In this document: positions 12,291-25,366 of the stretch, in pieces
How positions within the stretch are numbered: the first letter of the stretch is position 1
Layout: each line of letters begins with the position of its first letter
Assembly: GCF_000143415.4 (NCBI RefSeq)
Contig: NW_003314282.1
Coordinates: 887,374 to 951,373, forward strand
Source of the DNA: Selaginella moellendorffii
Lineage: Eukaryota; Plantae; Lycopodiophyta
Length of the DNA: 64,000 bases
Direction: 5' to 3'
Notes under the pieces: model-generated
Databases searched by the model: none
What the model saw: the letters and a program-made list of their open reading frames with translations, nothing else
Told to the model about the DNA's origin: nothing
Position numbers and translations under genes: made by a program

Positions 12291-12676
12291 TGTCAAGACC
12301 CCTGACAAGATCAAGACTGGAAAATGCAAAAAGACAAAGAGAAAAACTAGTGGAAACAAGAAGAGGCCTTAGACTGGCATTGATTCAGATTGTGGAGAAA
12401 TGGAACAAGGCTAACCTATATATACTATAGGTTGATGAAGCTCCACCACTCTTGGATCGAGGACGGCCTAAATATAGCTAAGGTTGAGGAAGCGCCACAT
12501 CATCATCAGGAATGTGGCTCGAGACTCAGGAATCGGGAAGTGTTTCGAGAGTCAGGAATAAGGAAGTGTCTCGAGAGTCAGGAATAAGAAAGTGTCTCGA
12601 GAGTCAGGAATGTGGTCTGCAGGTCAGGAATCCGGTGAGAGTTAGGAATGTGGCAAGAATTGGGGGATTCCTGACA
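12291..12676 (-). repeat. 5' LTR (386 bp)
   Basis: TGTCA..TGACA termini; internal gagagtcaggaat repeats; TATA-like element at about 12416-12430. Confidence 0.95.
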
Positions 12677-14764
12677 CCATGGAGAGTCTAAAGCATGGGA
12701 TTGTCCATGTTAGAATATATAGTAATTGGAAAGCTTGGGAAAGGAGAGGCCTTAACAAGCTAAGGAACAGAGTTCCTTGAACGTTCCCCTAGGTAGATAA
12801 ATACTTAGTCAACCAAGTGTAAATAGTTCATAGAATGCGCAAAATCAGAGTAGCACAGCAAAAGCGTGGTCTTGAAACTTGCCATGAGGCGAGGCTATCA
12901 AGATTGGGGAAGTAGTTCCCGAGTGTTCAAAGAGAGGGGTTTTGAACGAAAGTCGATGGTTAAGGACTTTCACGCTTATGCATGAACCATGTTATAGTAG
13001 CCGAATGACTTTGCTAAGTGAGATTGGCAAGTCCGGGGGAACGAATACCCTAGTTGAAAGAGCCAACTTCAAAGGGGTGGCCCAGGGGGCCGAGCATGGA
13101 GGAGTCCATGCATGATCACAGATATGTCAAGTGAGAGGATTTGGCAGTGCGGAGGAACTAGGTTCCTAAGCTATGATCTGTAGCGCGCTTTAAGTATAAG
13201 TTGGTGCACCGGCATGGGGAGTCACGCCAGGCATCTAGGGTGATGCCATCCGTAGATGCATATACAGAGGTTGGGTTTAAGTCCCAACCCTCTAGTGCTT
13301 GGGTTCGAGTCCCAAATTACTAGGGCGTGGTGATGGTTTGGAATATGAGGACACTCATATTTCGGTGGTCATGGACTCTCAGTGAGAAGACTGGTTTGGG
13401 CACACCGCCAAGCAAGGGATGCCTCGGACTCGTGATGCACGGTTAGATTGCTTAGAGTGAAAGCTCGGCATATCTAACTTGAACACTTTTGTGCAAAAGG
13501 CACCAAGGACGTGGTGAATGAAATGGGAACACCCAGTCTCAGTTGCTATGGATCCTTGGCCGGAAGGGCTGGCTTGGGCGCACCGCCAAATGTGGGGGAT
13601 GCCCCCGGGGTCATAGTCAACAATTTAAAAGGGTCTGGAAGACATAGTTCCTATTGGTAGACCTGTTAAGGGGTCAAGATGAGATCACTAGGTGATCTTG
13701 TGGCTAAACAAAGACAAGGTCTTTGTTTGGGTTAAGGAATATGATTCCCAGTTCAAAGTGTTGATTTAAATTATTGATAATGGTGTGACTTGGTCGAGGT
13801 GACCAAGTGAGAAGGACACCTAAAGGGAAATCAATTGTGCTAATACGATGGTATAGTAAGTCCAAGAAAGTAGTCTCGGGGAGAGACCCATGGAACGGTC
13901 ACAAAGTTGAGCCATGGATGAAGCCCGTAGCAGAAATTGCTAAAGAGACCTATTAAGGGTGAGCACCCGCTGGACTTAGCAAAGTAGAGTCTTTGCCATG
14001 GAACCAAAATGATACCTCGAGAATTGAGGTAGTGATCATATGTTGCTCAGTGCAACAATAAATGGATAAAAGCAAAAGACTAGTGGCCAAGTGTGGGCCA
14101 TGGAGTTCATTAAAAGGAATCCAAATGGCAAAATTAGGCATGGAACACTAATGTGTTAGATGCTAACGGATTGTGAGAAAGGAAGTGTGCTTCCAATGAT
14201 GGATTCCCAAATGCTCAAAGTTGGCAAAGGTGAAAGCTCCAAGGGAGGGAGCGGCGAAATAGCCAAAGGATAGGGCCGTGAATAGCTTTAGCACAACTTA
14301 CGATAGCTAGAACTTGGTGCCAAAAGTGGTATAAAATAGAAAGGAGGATGATGGCGCCCTCAAGTGGGGGGCTTCTTAGGATGGGAAGTGAAGTTGCACA
14401 ATATGTGCAGTGAAAGGTGTCAAAGACACCAAAGAAATTGACTTCGAGAAGTCAAAATTAAAAGTTCCAAGGTGAATTGGCTATGTCAATAGAAGTTAGG
14501 ACTACTCGAGAATGAGTAGTGAAATTGAGTTAGAGAAGGTGTCTCTAACTGGAGCAAACCACCCCAGGTGGCCAAATGAGTCTCTATGTTGGAGAGACTA
14601 TGCCCCTTAGAGGATGGACAAGGCATGGTGAGCTTTCAGGGTCAAACCATAGACAAATATTGGCTAGGTGCCAAGGATGGAAATGGTAATACCTGCGGAT
14701 GTTACTTTATAAAAGGGTTTACCGTTCGATAAGGACATCAAACTTCGTCTATGGGTGGTGGAGT

Positions 14765-16599
14765 TGTGAAACACAAATCCCTAAGCCCCAAAGTGGAGCC
14801 GAAAGGGTGCCACGTGGTAGTGGCTAAAGCAAAAGCGTAACATGTTTGGACTAAAAGGCTCCGACTTGAAAGGTTGAGAGCGGGAGTGGAACTCCCAACG
14901 GAGTGCTCAAGGAACGAGCATGAAGCGAGCAATAAGCGAGGCTCCAAAAAGGGACCTAAAAGGACTAACACATGACACATGGAAGTGTCCGAGATGGAGT
15001 CCGAGATGGACCCGAGTTGGAGTCCGAGGTGGAGTCTAAGATGGAGTCCGAGATGGACCCGAGTTGGAGACCGAGATGGATCGAGATGGAGTCTGAGATG
15101 GAGTCCGAGATGGACCAAGACGGAGACCAAGATGGAGTCCGAGATGGAGTCCGAGATGGACCCGAGTTGGAGTCCGAGGTGGAGTCTAAGATGGACTCCG
15201 AGATGGACCCGAGTTGGAGACCGAGATGGATCGAGATGGAGTCTGAGATGGAGTCCGAGATGGACCGAGACGGAGACCAAGATGGAGTCCGAGATGGAGT
15301 CCGAGATGGACCGAGATGGAGTCCGAGATGGACCGAGACGAAGTCCGAGATAGAATCTAAGGTGGACCGAGACAGAGTTCGAGATGGAGTTCGAGATGGA
15401 GTCCGAGATGAAATCTGAGATGGAGTCCGAGGTCGACACCGACACCGGGACCAAGACCGAGACCGAGATCAGGACCGAGACCGAGACCGAGATCAGGACC
15501 GAGACCGAGGCCGAGGCCGAGGCCAAGACCGAGCCCAAGCCCGAGTCCAAGTCCGAGCCCGAGCCCGAATCCAAGTCCAAGTCCGAGTCTGAGTCCAAGT
15601 CCGAGTTCGAGTCTGAGAGGGTGAAAGCCCAAAGCGTTCGTCTCCCAGACCCTGGGGGTTTGGTGAGCTCCAAAAGTATAGTAAGGGGGAGGACTGTAGT
15701 GGAGCCAGTTTGGCCAGGAAAGGCCAGTTTGGCCCAGGAAGCCAGACCTAGTGTTGGGTGATGAATTGACCACTAGGAAGTCCAAGACTAAAGTGAATAC
15801 AGACCGACAAGCGGGGTAGCTTGCTGAAGTGTTCAAGAGCCGGCTCTAATTCCCCCGGGAGATCGTCTGGCCGATGCTCCCAGTCCAAGTGTGGGTGGCA
15901 CTACCTACTTGGATACCTAGCATGGCTCAATGGAACCTTGCTCTAAGCCCATGGCTAGAGCACCTAAAGGCGAAAGGCGGGGAGAGTACCCATGAGGCCC
16001 GCGGTGTTCCGAAATGTTGTCCCAAAGTCCCAAACTATGGAAAGGAAGAGGAGTAGCCCTTTGGTGTGGTGACCAAAGACACAATCACACAGGAAGGAAG
16101 TCCTAGAGGACAGTGGGACTTAGTGGCCGGGCCCATGGGCCTTGATCCAGTGGCAGTGTTGGCGAACTCGACCAAGGAAAGAAAGGGACTTGGTGGGGAC
16201 TGGAACGGAGATATTGGGGAAGGCTATTCCCTGTGTCTGTGGGCATCCTAAGGATGCTAAGGAGTGGATCTAGGATGACCACTCATGGACGAATAGCCCA
16301 GTCCTAAAGAGACGGGATTGCAATGCAGGTGGTGTTAGACCACCGATGTGACCAAGGTGAATGGGCATGGCCTGGCGTAACAGGCAGATATGTCAATGGT
16401 ACCTTGGGTGTCGGTCATGGGATCGGACATGTGGAGCACTAAGACCAAGTGCAAAGGTTGAGTGGCGAGGATGCCATTCTTGGGGCTAACAAGCCCAAGT
16501 TTGGAATAGGACTTATGGAGGTTGTGAGTGAGACTCTTCCAAGTGGTCGAAGGTGTGGCTAAGTGACTAAAGTAGAATGGAAAAATTTAGTCGATTACA
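14765..16599 (+). mobile_element. Long (~1.8 kb) LTR flanked by a PPT upstream and a tRNA-iMet PBS downstream
   Basis: TGTGA start after a purine-rich tract; TTACA end followed by TGGTATCAGAGC (16603-16614). Confidence 0.65.
14989..15615. repeat. 6-bp-periodic minisatellite (CCGAGA/TGGAGT units with higher-order duplication) inside the LTR
   Basis: Direct inspection; explains the spurious ORFs in several frames. Confidence 0.95.
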
Positions 16600-17169
16600 A
16601 CTTGGTATCAGAGCTGTTCTTTAGTTTGACTTTTATTGGTGCTCAAGTATATCACCACTAGCGTTGGCATCGGAAGATCCGAGGAGTGGGCCTATCCTCG
16701 AGGAGTAGCAGGTCGGGAAGACAAGGAGGGGCATAGGGGGTTCCAAATGTATAGTAGAGATAGTGGTTGAAATGCATGTCCAACCACCTGAGACATTAGT
16801 TTGGCTCCCACTGAGCTGTGTCACTCTTTGTTCTGCATCTGGTTTTGGTTTAAGCCCAAACTCCATGTTACTCTAGTCAATGGGGTACCCTCCTCCTCGC
16901 GTTAGGCCACTGGTATGCCAAAATTGTGCCACACTCCATCTAACACCGTTTTGCATGTAGATGCTAGATACGGGGAGCTGAATACGGGGGGCTGGTGCTC
17001 TTGGGATTGTACTGGACCCTTGTTTCATAGTGCAATGGGCTTGGAATTCAACCCTAAATTCAGATGTGCTACATCATTGGTCACACTACTCACATTGCTA
17101 ATCTCTTGGATTGTTTGGGGAAAAATCATTAATTCACTAAGCTAAATCTTGTTTTTGGGTATTGGCCAG

Positions 17170-19905
17170 TACTAATGGCCGAAAAAGATATTTCTGAGAT
17201 TGTTTTTTGTACACCATTTGGTTTGTACAAGTTCTTGGTAATGTCGTTTGGTTTGAACAGTGCTTTAGCAACTTTCTAGTGAATGATGGACGAAGTTCTT
17301 TGCGATATGCCAGAGGTGAGTGCTGACTTCATTGATAAGTCTGATCCACTTGAAGGGGACATGGGAGGAGACGTTCGTGATGTTTGTAAAGTGTTGGATT
17401 GGCTACAGGATGTTGCTTTAAAGCTGAAATGGTTAAAGTGCGTGTTTGGGTCCAAGAACATGACTTACTTTAGGTACTGTATTGCTTGTGAAGGTTTGCA
17501 AGTTGATCCTAACAAACTTATGGTTGTTTTAAAGTTCTTTATTCCAAAGTGTGTGAATGATATACAACACTTTCTAGGCAAGGTGCAATATCTCGGTTGT
17601 TTTGTGGATCATCTTTTTAATCACATCACACCATTGCGAGTGTTGTTGAAATCATCAATATTATTTTTCATTTGGTTTGTGGACTATGAGCGGGCATTCA
17701 TGGATATCAAAGAGCTATTGACGACTCTTCCGATTTTGGTGTATCCTGATTATACTTGACCTTTTATTTTACATGTGGATGTTTTTTATATTGGTTTTGG
17801 AGGTATGTTGATGCAAGAGAGCCCGAGTGTATGTGATCAATACCATCCCATTATATATATCAACTATACATTATAACCGGCAAAGGTGAACTACTTCAAA
17901 ACAAAGAAGGAGTGTTTAGCAGTGTAAGCAACCAAAGGGAACAACTCGAGAGATGATCCATAGGGTTCAAATATAAAGGGAAAGGGCCCATGAATAAGAG
18001 TGCACCCCCTTTTCCAATCGGTTAAGGGTCTTGGGATATTTTGGGGTTAAATGTCTTTAGGTTTAAATAGTATTGGGTTGGGTGACCTCCCGGGAAGTCC
18101 AAATTCATGAGCTTACAAGCAGTAGTCTGGGGTTTCAAAAAACTTCATCCATATCTACATGGTTCTCGGACGTTACTAAAATGAAATTATGTTGCCATTA
18201 CTTCATTATGAAGCAGAAGAACTTAATTGATGTATGGGGTCTATGGGCTTTGAAACTTCAGATATATAATTTTAATGTTGTTCAATCACTTAAGGAGTTT
18301 TATGGCTGATGCTTTTTCTTGAGCTCCTTTTCCTTCTTTGTTTTCTTCTCATGTTTTTGACAAGTTTATTATTCCAGCATTTGTGGATTTTCTAGACAAG
18401 GATTCTGTGCCATCAGCAGTTGTTATATTTGACATTTAGTGTTCATAAGGTACAAAGCAAGATCTACCTTCTCTTGATGAGGTTTGCAAAGCTCAAAAGA
18501 TTATAAATTTGAAGGCTTCAAGATGGGTTTAAGAATTCTACATCACTTGCTAATAACTTGCCATTTCGATATTTACATTCTTAATATCATCTTGAAAATA
18601 GCCTTTTTCATTTTGTGGGGATGGATTCTGATGATCATTTATGGCTATGGTGCCTTCAATCTTTATTCCATGGTTTCTCCATGCTTACCATGCTTCTCCT
18701 ATTCTAAGCATATGCTTTAGAAGGACGGTTGGAGTCAATTGTAATTTCTCATCTGTTTGAGTTTGTGGCATTTGATCTTACAAAACCTTTTTTACAATCA
18801 ACTACTAGTAATGAATATATTATTATTGCTTCTAACTACATAACTTATTGGGTGGAAGTTGGTGCTCTTGTTAGCACCTTTGCAATTTCTATTAGATACT
18901 TCCTCTTTAATTAAGTAGTATTCTAACATTTTTGTGCGAATTGAATTCTTTTGGATAATGGTCCCACATTTATAGTAGAAGCATTTCATGTTTTGATGTC
19001 TCGGTTGAGGATACGCCACATTTTCATAAGTGTTTATCATCAACAGTCATATGATTTTGTGGAATGGCTCCTTTGGGTATTCAAAGAGAGAATTGCGAAG
19101 TATGTGAACTTTCAGCATTTGGATTGGAATAGTTATTTGTCATTTCTTTGATATACATATGTCATAGAAGTGTAAAGTTTTATTGGTGCTTCACCATATA
19201 AACTCCTATATGGTCATGATCCAATATTACCAATAGAGCTAGGTTTACTTTCGTAATTACCACAAGCTACCAATACTAAATTGTGGGATTAGTATTTGAC
19301 AAGCATTTTTCTATTTGTCTAAACAAAGTTTATCGAACACCTAAATTATGTACAAGTGGGACAACAATGGCATTACAACTTCTATCATCATCCACTTATA
19401 GAGTACAAAATGGATGAATTAATGTTAGGCCATTTTCCCTATTTTACGATACATGGTTTATTTAAGGGGCTCCTTACTTAGTGGAAAGGACCATATTAGG
19501 TGTTGCGGCAAGGTGAACCACAAGTTTATGAGGTTCAGCATGATGTCCAACATGCTAATCCTTCAAAAATTATGCATGTGCAACAATTAAAATGTTTCAT
19601 ACAAAAGGATCAAGAACAATTAATACCACCTATAAATTTACTAATGCCTCCTTTTGATGTTCCTCCAGATCCTGGCCCATTTATGAGAAAACTTTTATAG
19701 TCTTCTATTATTTCAAGAGGAGGGGATAATATGAGGTCCAAGTGTATGACTACAATGCCATATACTAATATCAGTGTAATGTGACTTTAGTAGGCATCAT
19801 ATTAGTTTTAATCTAGACCACTCACTTTTGTATATAAATTAGGGTTTTTGGGCTAATTGATATCATATTTTTTTGTATTCCCTTTCCATATTTTATACAC
19901 TCACA
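17170..19905 (+). mobile_element. Decayed 5'-truncated Ty3/gypsy of the same family as 25367-30306: RT-RH-INT remnants, PPT and 3' LTR (~19730-19905)
   Basis: MMDEVLCDMPEV, FLGKVQYLG and FVAFDL..PF segments are colinear with the minus-strand copy; LTR ends in cactcaca. Confidence 0.9.
17923..18117 (+). mobile_element. 195-bp solo LTR with 5S rRNA-derived segment (Cassandra-TRIM-like)
   Basis: TGTAAGC..GCTTACA termini; 5-bp TSD AGCAG; tagtattgggttgggtgacctcccgggaagtcc matches the plant 5S C-box region. Confidence 0.8.
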
Positions 19906-20716
19906 TAGTTAAATTTCTAAAATTATTAAAGTTGTTGAATTATTTTAAACTAAATTACTATAATCCTTTTTTTCAATTTGATTAGCTTGGGTATTTTATA
20001 TGTAAAATATAAAAATCTTTTCAGCCTCTTATTAAGTCTTTAATATAGTGCAATATTATAGTTGTATTGTTAGTTTAAAGATTGAAGAAATTCTCCACTT
20101 AATATATTAGTAAAATTCAAAAAGTTATAAAATAATTTTTATTCTGTATTCAGAAACAGAACCATGTCATGATACAGCATTCTATCAAAAACCAGTTGAG
20201 CACCCACAGTCGAGCACATAGTCTTTTTTGGAGAGAGTGCCTCAACTTTAATAATCCACAATAGGAGGATGGAGTTCTAGATCTTTGGAGCTTACAATAT
20301 TGAGCGTTGTTGTGGTTTGGCAAGAATGTCTCTTGAAAGGCTTCTAGAGAAGGGCCTCAATCCTCCTCTGGGGCTTGCTTTTCATTTGTGAATTCAAGTC
20401 TCCATCCAAACCTATTTTACGAGGTGATTCTTTCAAATGTGAGAGTTTCAAGAGGTATGTTTGCAATGTTTTTGGCAATGTTAGCCTTGGCTTGTTTCCA
20501 TTCTATGACACCAAGCTTAGCATTAATGTTTGCATCCAAGACTTTGGGTCGAGGCTCACTCTAGATGAAAAAGTGGATGAGATGGTGAATGCTTCTCACA
20601 CGACTGGCTTTTTCAACAAGGACGGTGCTTGAAGTACATTAGAATCACAGCCGCAAAGTCAAATGAACATGATCCATTTGATCGGAAAATAGGTTTGGGT
20701 TGTGAATTCACACAGA

Positions 20717-21879
20717 ATGCACAGCAAGCCCAAGAGGAGGCCATCCAAGCTCGAGATCCTTCTCCAGGAGCCACTCCTGCAGGACCACGATGAGGAATCG
20801 GCGATGCCCACCATCTCAAATTGTGGTAAGCTCCGAAGATCCAGGAGCGCTCCCTCCTCCGACTGTGGAGCGATGAAGATGAGGCCCAAGAACATCTCCC
20901 CAGCGCCCGCGTTTGGAATGACCACCAAATCCTACTCTCCAGGCAAGACCGCAGCTCTCATTCTCGCGCTCTACCTCGCCATTGGAATCCTCTGCTTCGT
21001 CCACGTCAGGGACGAGCTCCATGGAACCAAGACCCTGAGCTTCGTCGACGCCTTGTACTTTTGCGTGGTCACCATGACCACCGTCGGCTATGGCGACTTG
21101 GTTCCAGCCACAGCGACGGCCAAGCTCATGACGTGCCTGTTCGTCTTCGTGGGCTTCGCGATCTTTGGATTGCTGCTCGGCAACGCTGCAAACTATCTGG
21201 TGGAGAAGCAGGAGAGGCTGCTGGAGAGAGCGATCGAGAAAAGAGAGAAGTACCTCCATCACAAGAACACCGAGAGCGATGCAAGGATCCGGAGAGTTCA
21301 CTGCAAGGTGGCGGTGGCGGCGGGGCTGGTTCTGGTGCTGTTTGGAGCCGGGATCTCGGTGTTGGTGAAGCTGGAGGGGATGAGCTTCCTGGATGCGTTC
21401 TACTGCGTGACCGTGACGGTGACGACGCTGGGCTATGGAGATCGCAGCTTCACGAGCGCCGGCGGGAGGATCTTTGCGGTGGTGTGGATCTTGATGAGCA
21501 CGGTTTGTGTTGCGCAGTTCGTCCTCTACATCGCGGAGCTTGTCACGGAGGGAAGGCAGCATTCGCTCACCAAGTGGATTCTCTCCAGGAAGATCACTTA
21601 CTCGGATTTCGAGGCGGCGGATCTGGACGACGATGGAGCTCTCAGGTGGGCTGTCTTATTTCGAAGCTTTCCAGCGTTTGCTAGTAAGAACGACTCGTTT
21701 GATCTTGGTGTTCTTTGTTTTGCAGCCTCACCGAGTATATGGTGTATAAGCTCAAAGAGATGGGCAAGCTCGAGAAAGAGGACTTAGAGGCGATTGTGAG
21801 ACAATTCCAAGAGCTTGATGTGGATAGATCTGGAACTATATCTCTACAAGACATCAACTTAGCACAGTTTGGTAGGTAG
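20717..21879 (+). CDS. TPK: Two-pore (tandem-pore) Ca2+-regulated K+ channel, TPK/KCO family; exons 20717-21645 and 21726-21879
   Basis: Two TTxGYGD pore loops, RSRSAP 14-3-3 motif, two EF-hands (DLDDDGAL, DVDRSGTI); a GT-AG intron restores the YKLKEMGK C-terminus. Confidence 0.95.
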
Positions 21880-22025
21880 AGAACACCTCCACTAACATAT
21901 ATTAATAAGAGAAAGTTTTGCCCTAATTCTTAAACAAAGTGTTAGGGCTTTTGGAATTAGGGTTCTTCAGCCGCCAGTAAAGAGCAAGGGATCTCGGGTC
22001 GGGAGCTGAGGCGCTCGGCGGCAAG

Positions 22026-22811
<786 letters not shown>

Positions 22812-23085
22812 ACAATATCCTCCATGGCTTTGTACGGGCATGTCTTGGTTTTTCTCCTAAGTTTTTGACAAATGCGTCCTTATTTTCTTGCCGAGATCTC
22901 TCTACGTTTTCACTCTTCTATTTTTCTCAACAAAAAAAATCAAAGAAACACTCCAGTCAACTATCATTGGCCCGGTCAAACCGGTGCCTTACTTGACTGG
23001 GATGCTTCTCAGGAAGATTCCCCAAAGTTAGAGAAACCAAACTTCAGTATAGATAATCACAGCAATTCATTCACAAAGCATTCAA

Positions 23086-23781
23086 ATGGCTCTAAGAATT
23101 GGCTCAATTGTGCGTGTTTTGATCGTCTTCTCGATATGTTCTCGTGATCTTCTCGTCGAGTCCAGGGGATGCGGGCAATCGTGCTCCACAAACGACGATT
23201 GCGATGGTCAGCTCTACTGTGGAGCGGGGCGCACTTGCCAAGACGATCCGGATTTGGGAACTCACATCTGCGCTGGAAGTGGCGGCGGCGGTGGCGGTGG
23301 CTCAGGAACTTGCCAGCAGAGTGGAACTCTCAAGGGCAATTCGGCCCACCAGTGCGACGAGTGCTGCAAGGCCAACACAAACTATCCGATCTATCGATGC
23401 TCGCCCCCAGTCTCGCAGAGCACCAAAGCAATTCTCACTGTCAACGACTTCCAAGCTGGTGGCGATGGCGGAGATCCTTCGGAGTGCGATGGGAAATTCC
23501 ACTCCAACACCGAGAGGGTCGTGGCTCTCTCAACCGGATGGTATAGTGGGGGCTCCCGGTGCTTGAAGTTCATCAGTATCACAGCTCCAAATGGGAGATC
23601 CACCACTGCCAAAGTGGTGGACGAGTGTGATTCTACAATGGGCTGTGACAAGCCTCATGCTTGGCAGCCACCATGCCGGAATAACATTGTGGATGGCTCT
23701 GATGCTGTGTGGAAAGCGCTGGGCATTAGCTCCAGCGACCCCCTCTACGGTCAGATGTCCATCACCTGGAGAGATGCTTAA
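23086..23781 (+). CDS. Kiwellin / ripening-related secreted Cys-rich protein, copy 1
   Basis: Signal peptide, Cys-rich N-domain, Gly linker, [52 protein letters not shown]; intronless. Confidence 0.93.
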   Translation: MALRIGSIVRVLIVFSICSRDLLVESRGCGQSCSTNDDCDGQLYCGAGRTCQDDPDLGTHICAGSGGGGGGGSGTCQQSGTLKGNSAHQCDECCKANTNYPIYRCSPPVSQSTKAILTVNDFQAGGDGGDPSECDGKFHSNTERVVALSTGWYSGGSRCLKFISITAPNGRSTTAKVVDECDSTMGCDKPHAWQPPCRNNIVDGSDAVWKALGISSSDPLYGQMSITWRDA

Positions 23782-24079
23782 CAATGCTATATAACAGTAA
23801 TTGGTCATAAAGAAGAATAAAAGCTGCCAAGACGTTTGAAAGAAGTCGAAACATTGGCCAGTTCTTACAAGCGCTGATATAGTGGAAGTCCTTTGACTTA
23901 TCTTTGAGGCCCTTGTAATTGGGAAAGACCAATGAATGCTCATCGCGACCCCGCGAAAGCTAAGGAGCTACAAATTGTTTATCATGCTCGTAGTTAACTC
24001 TTTCTCTTGTTGACTAGAAGTGTTGCCAATCATTGACTGATATAGTATTGACCAACATTGACTGGTTTTCGGTCATGGT

Positions 24080-24600
24080 TTCGTGCATGCGCAGAGGAGC
24101 GTGCCTGCTGCTCCAGTCCTCGAGGCTCAAGCTCTACGACACCAAAAGTTAGCCATGAACCTTCATGGAGATACGAGCAATGTAAAGCACCTCAAGGCGG
24201 CGGCAAGGTTGAGAGATCTTTGGCCGAATCCAGAGCTGCTTGACGCCACTGATGCGACCTCTCGCTGGGCGAGCCTCGAAAGGTGCTTGTGAGCTTGTTG
24301 AGCCTAGACATTTACAGGCCCTGGATGCTCCGCCCTGGATGGTTGCACGTAGACGGCATCATTGACGAGCATCCACCGGAGCTTGTGCAGCTTCCGCACC
24401 GGCCAAACCAGGAAAGAAGGCCCTGCTGCCGCTCATCCTCACCAGTGACTGTGTGATTCCAGGCTGAAATTTGTGACGACGCGCTACACCCCAATACAAG
24501 TGGTACAAGTGGCGCGACGGGAACAGGATCCCGAAGGGCACCTCGTCGGGAAGATCATCCAAGGAGCTCAGATTGTTGCGCATCTTGGTTATCTTCATCC
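24080..24600 (-). pseudogene. F-box protein relic, copy 1
   Basis: SSLDDLPDEV..IL F-box start; frameshifted; internal deletion relative to 33540-34370. Confidence 0.7.
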
Positions 24601-24652
24601 TGATAACAAATATTTTTCAATTTATTGGCAAATACTTTTTAGTGGATTAACA

Positions 24653-25224
24653 TCAATGGAGAGAGGTGGTGAAGGAGACGGTCTGGAGAGGGCTTCCACA
24701 GTGGTATTGTCCGATGATATCAGCCAGCGAGTTGACAAGCCGGCTATCCATGGGCTTCACCAAGGGATTCCTTTGTGGAACAAGCACAAAATCATACGTG
24801 TGGTTCCTTGCATTGAATGGATTTGGGTATGGAATGTTCTTGCTAGTGTTGGAAGGAGATACATAAGGCTCCAAAATGCTGCCCTTCACAGCTCCTGCCA
24901 AGCCACCATGATCATATAAAGATTTGAAGTATATCACTCACCGGTGCTGCCTGCTGGAATGTTTGCAATCCAAAAGTTGATGTAGGGGTAAACTTTGGTT
25001 GGCGCTGACAGTGCCTTTTGATCTGCCATGACAACCGAGAAGAGACGAGCAGTGCCATTCTTCCCGAATCCTTCAATGTCAACAGTGGGGGCAGAGTCAG
25101 TGCTGCTCAAGGGGATGAAGTTGCCATTCCCAACCGTGACAGAGCCATATTGTACAAGCAAACCAACAGTAGCTTGAGCTAACAAGGAGCAGAGAATCAA
25201 GCAAGACATGACTGAAATTGCCAT
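24653..25224 (-). CDS. Secreted PEBP-fold protein, copy 1 (174 aa; intron 24895-24941)
   Basis: Signal peptide. FSVVMADQKA resembles LVMVDPDA, YINFWIANIP resembles YLHWLVTNIP, HTYDFVLVPQ resembles HRYVFVLFRQ. A 47-nt GT-AG intron joins the two ORFs in frame. Confidence 0.8.
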
Positions 25225-25366
25225 TAGAAAAGATTAATTGATTGATGTTTTCTGTTGAGAATTTCCTTGAGATTTATACAAAGGCAATAGCTAATTCTGT
25301 CCATGCCTTGGATAAATTTTGCAAACTATCTAATAAAATCTAGTGTATTGATTGTCTTTTTACATA

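Larger units (their letters stand above)
7122..12676 (-). mobile_element. Full-length Ty3/gypsy chromovirus (Tf1/sushi-Tcn1-like) with disabling frameshifts
   Basis: TG..CA LTRs 7122-7481 and 12291-12676, 5-bp TSD CCATG, PPT next to 7482. Coding remnants: gag with CCHC knuckle, LLDSGAT protease, YLDD RT, RNase H, integrase with GPF motif, chromodomain (YEVQDILDS..YLVDWKGY..TWEP). Confidence 0.97.
6400..14764. mobile_element. Highly decayed LTR-retroelement internal region, interrupted by the chromovirus insertion; left boundary approximate
   Basis: No real ORFs; faint Copia-like motifs on the minus strand; ends in a PPT-like atgggtggtggagt just before TG at 14765. Confidence 0.5.

Noticed and set aside
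13209-13230. Possible extra palindrome copy CCGGCATG-GGGAGT-CACGCCAG
   Set aside because: Three arm mismatches and located in unrelated decayed retroelement DNA; likely chance
14738-15836. Long ORFs in several frames (up to 311 aa)
   Set aside because: Produced by the 6-bp-periodic minisatellite inside an LTR
18045-18100. Genuine 5S rRNA gene
   Set aside because: Only a diverged partial match, embedded in a TSD-flanked TG..CA element
20816-21684. Overlapping antisense and alternate-frame ORFs over TPK (and similar ones over the kiwellins)
   Set aside because: Shadow ORFs of GC-rich coding sequence
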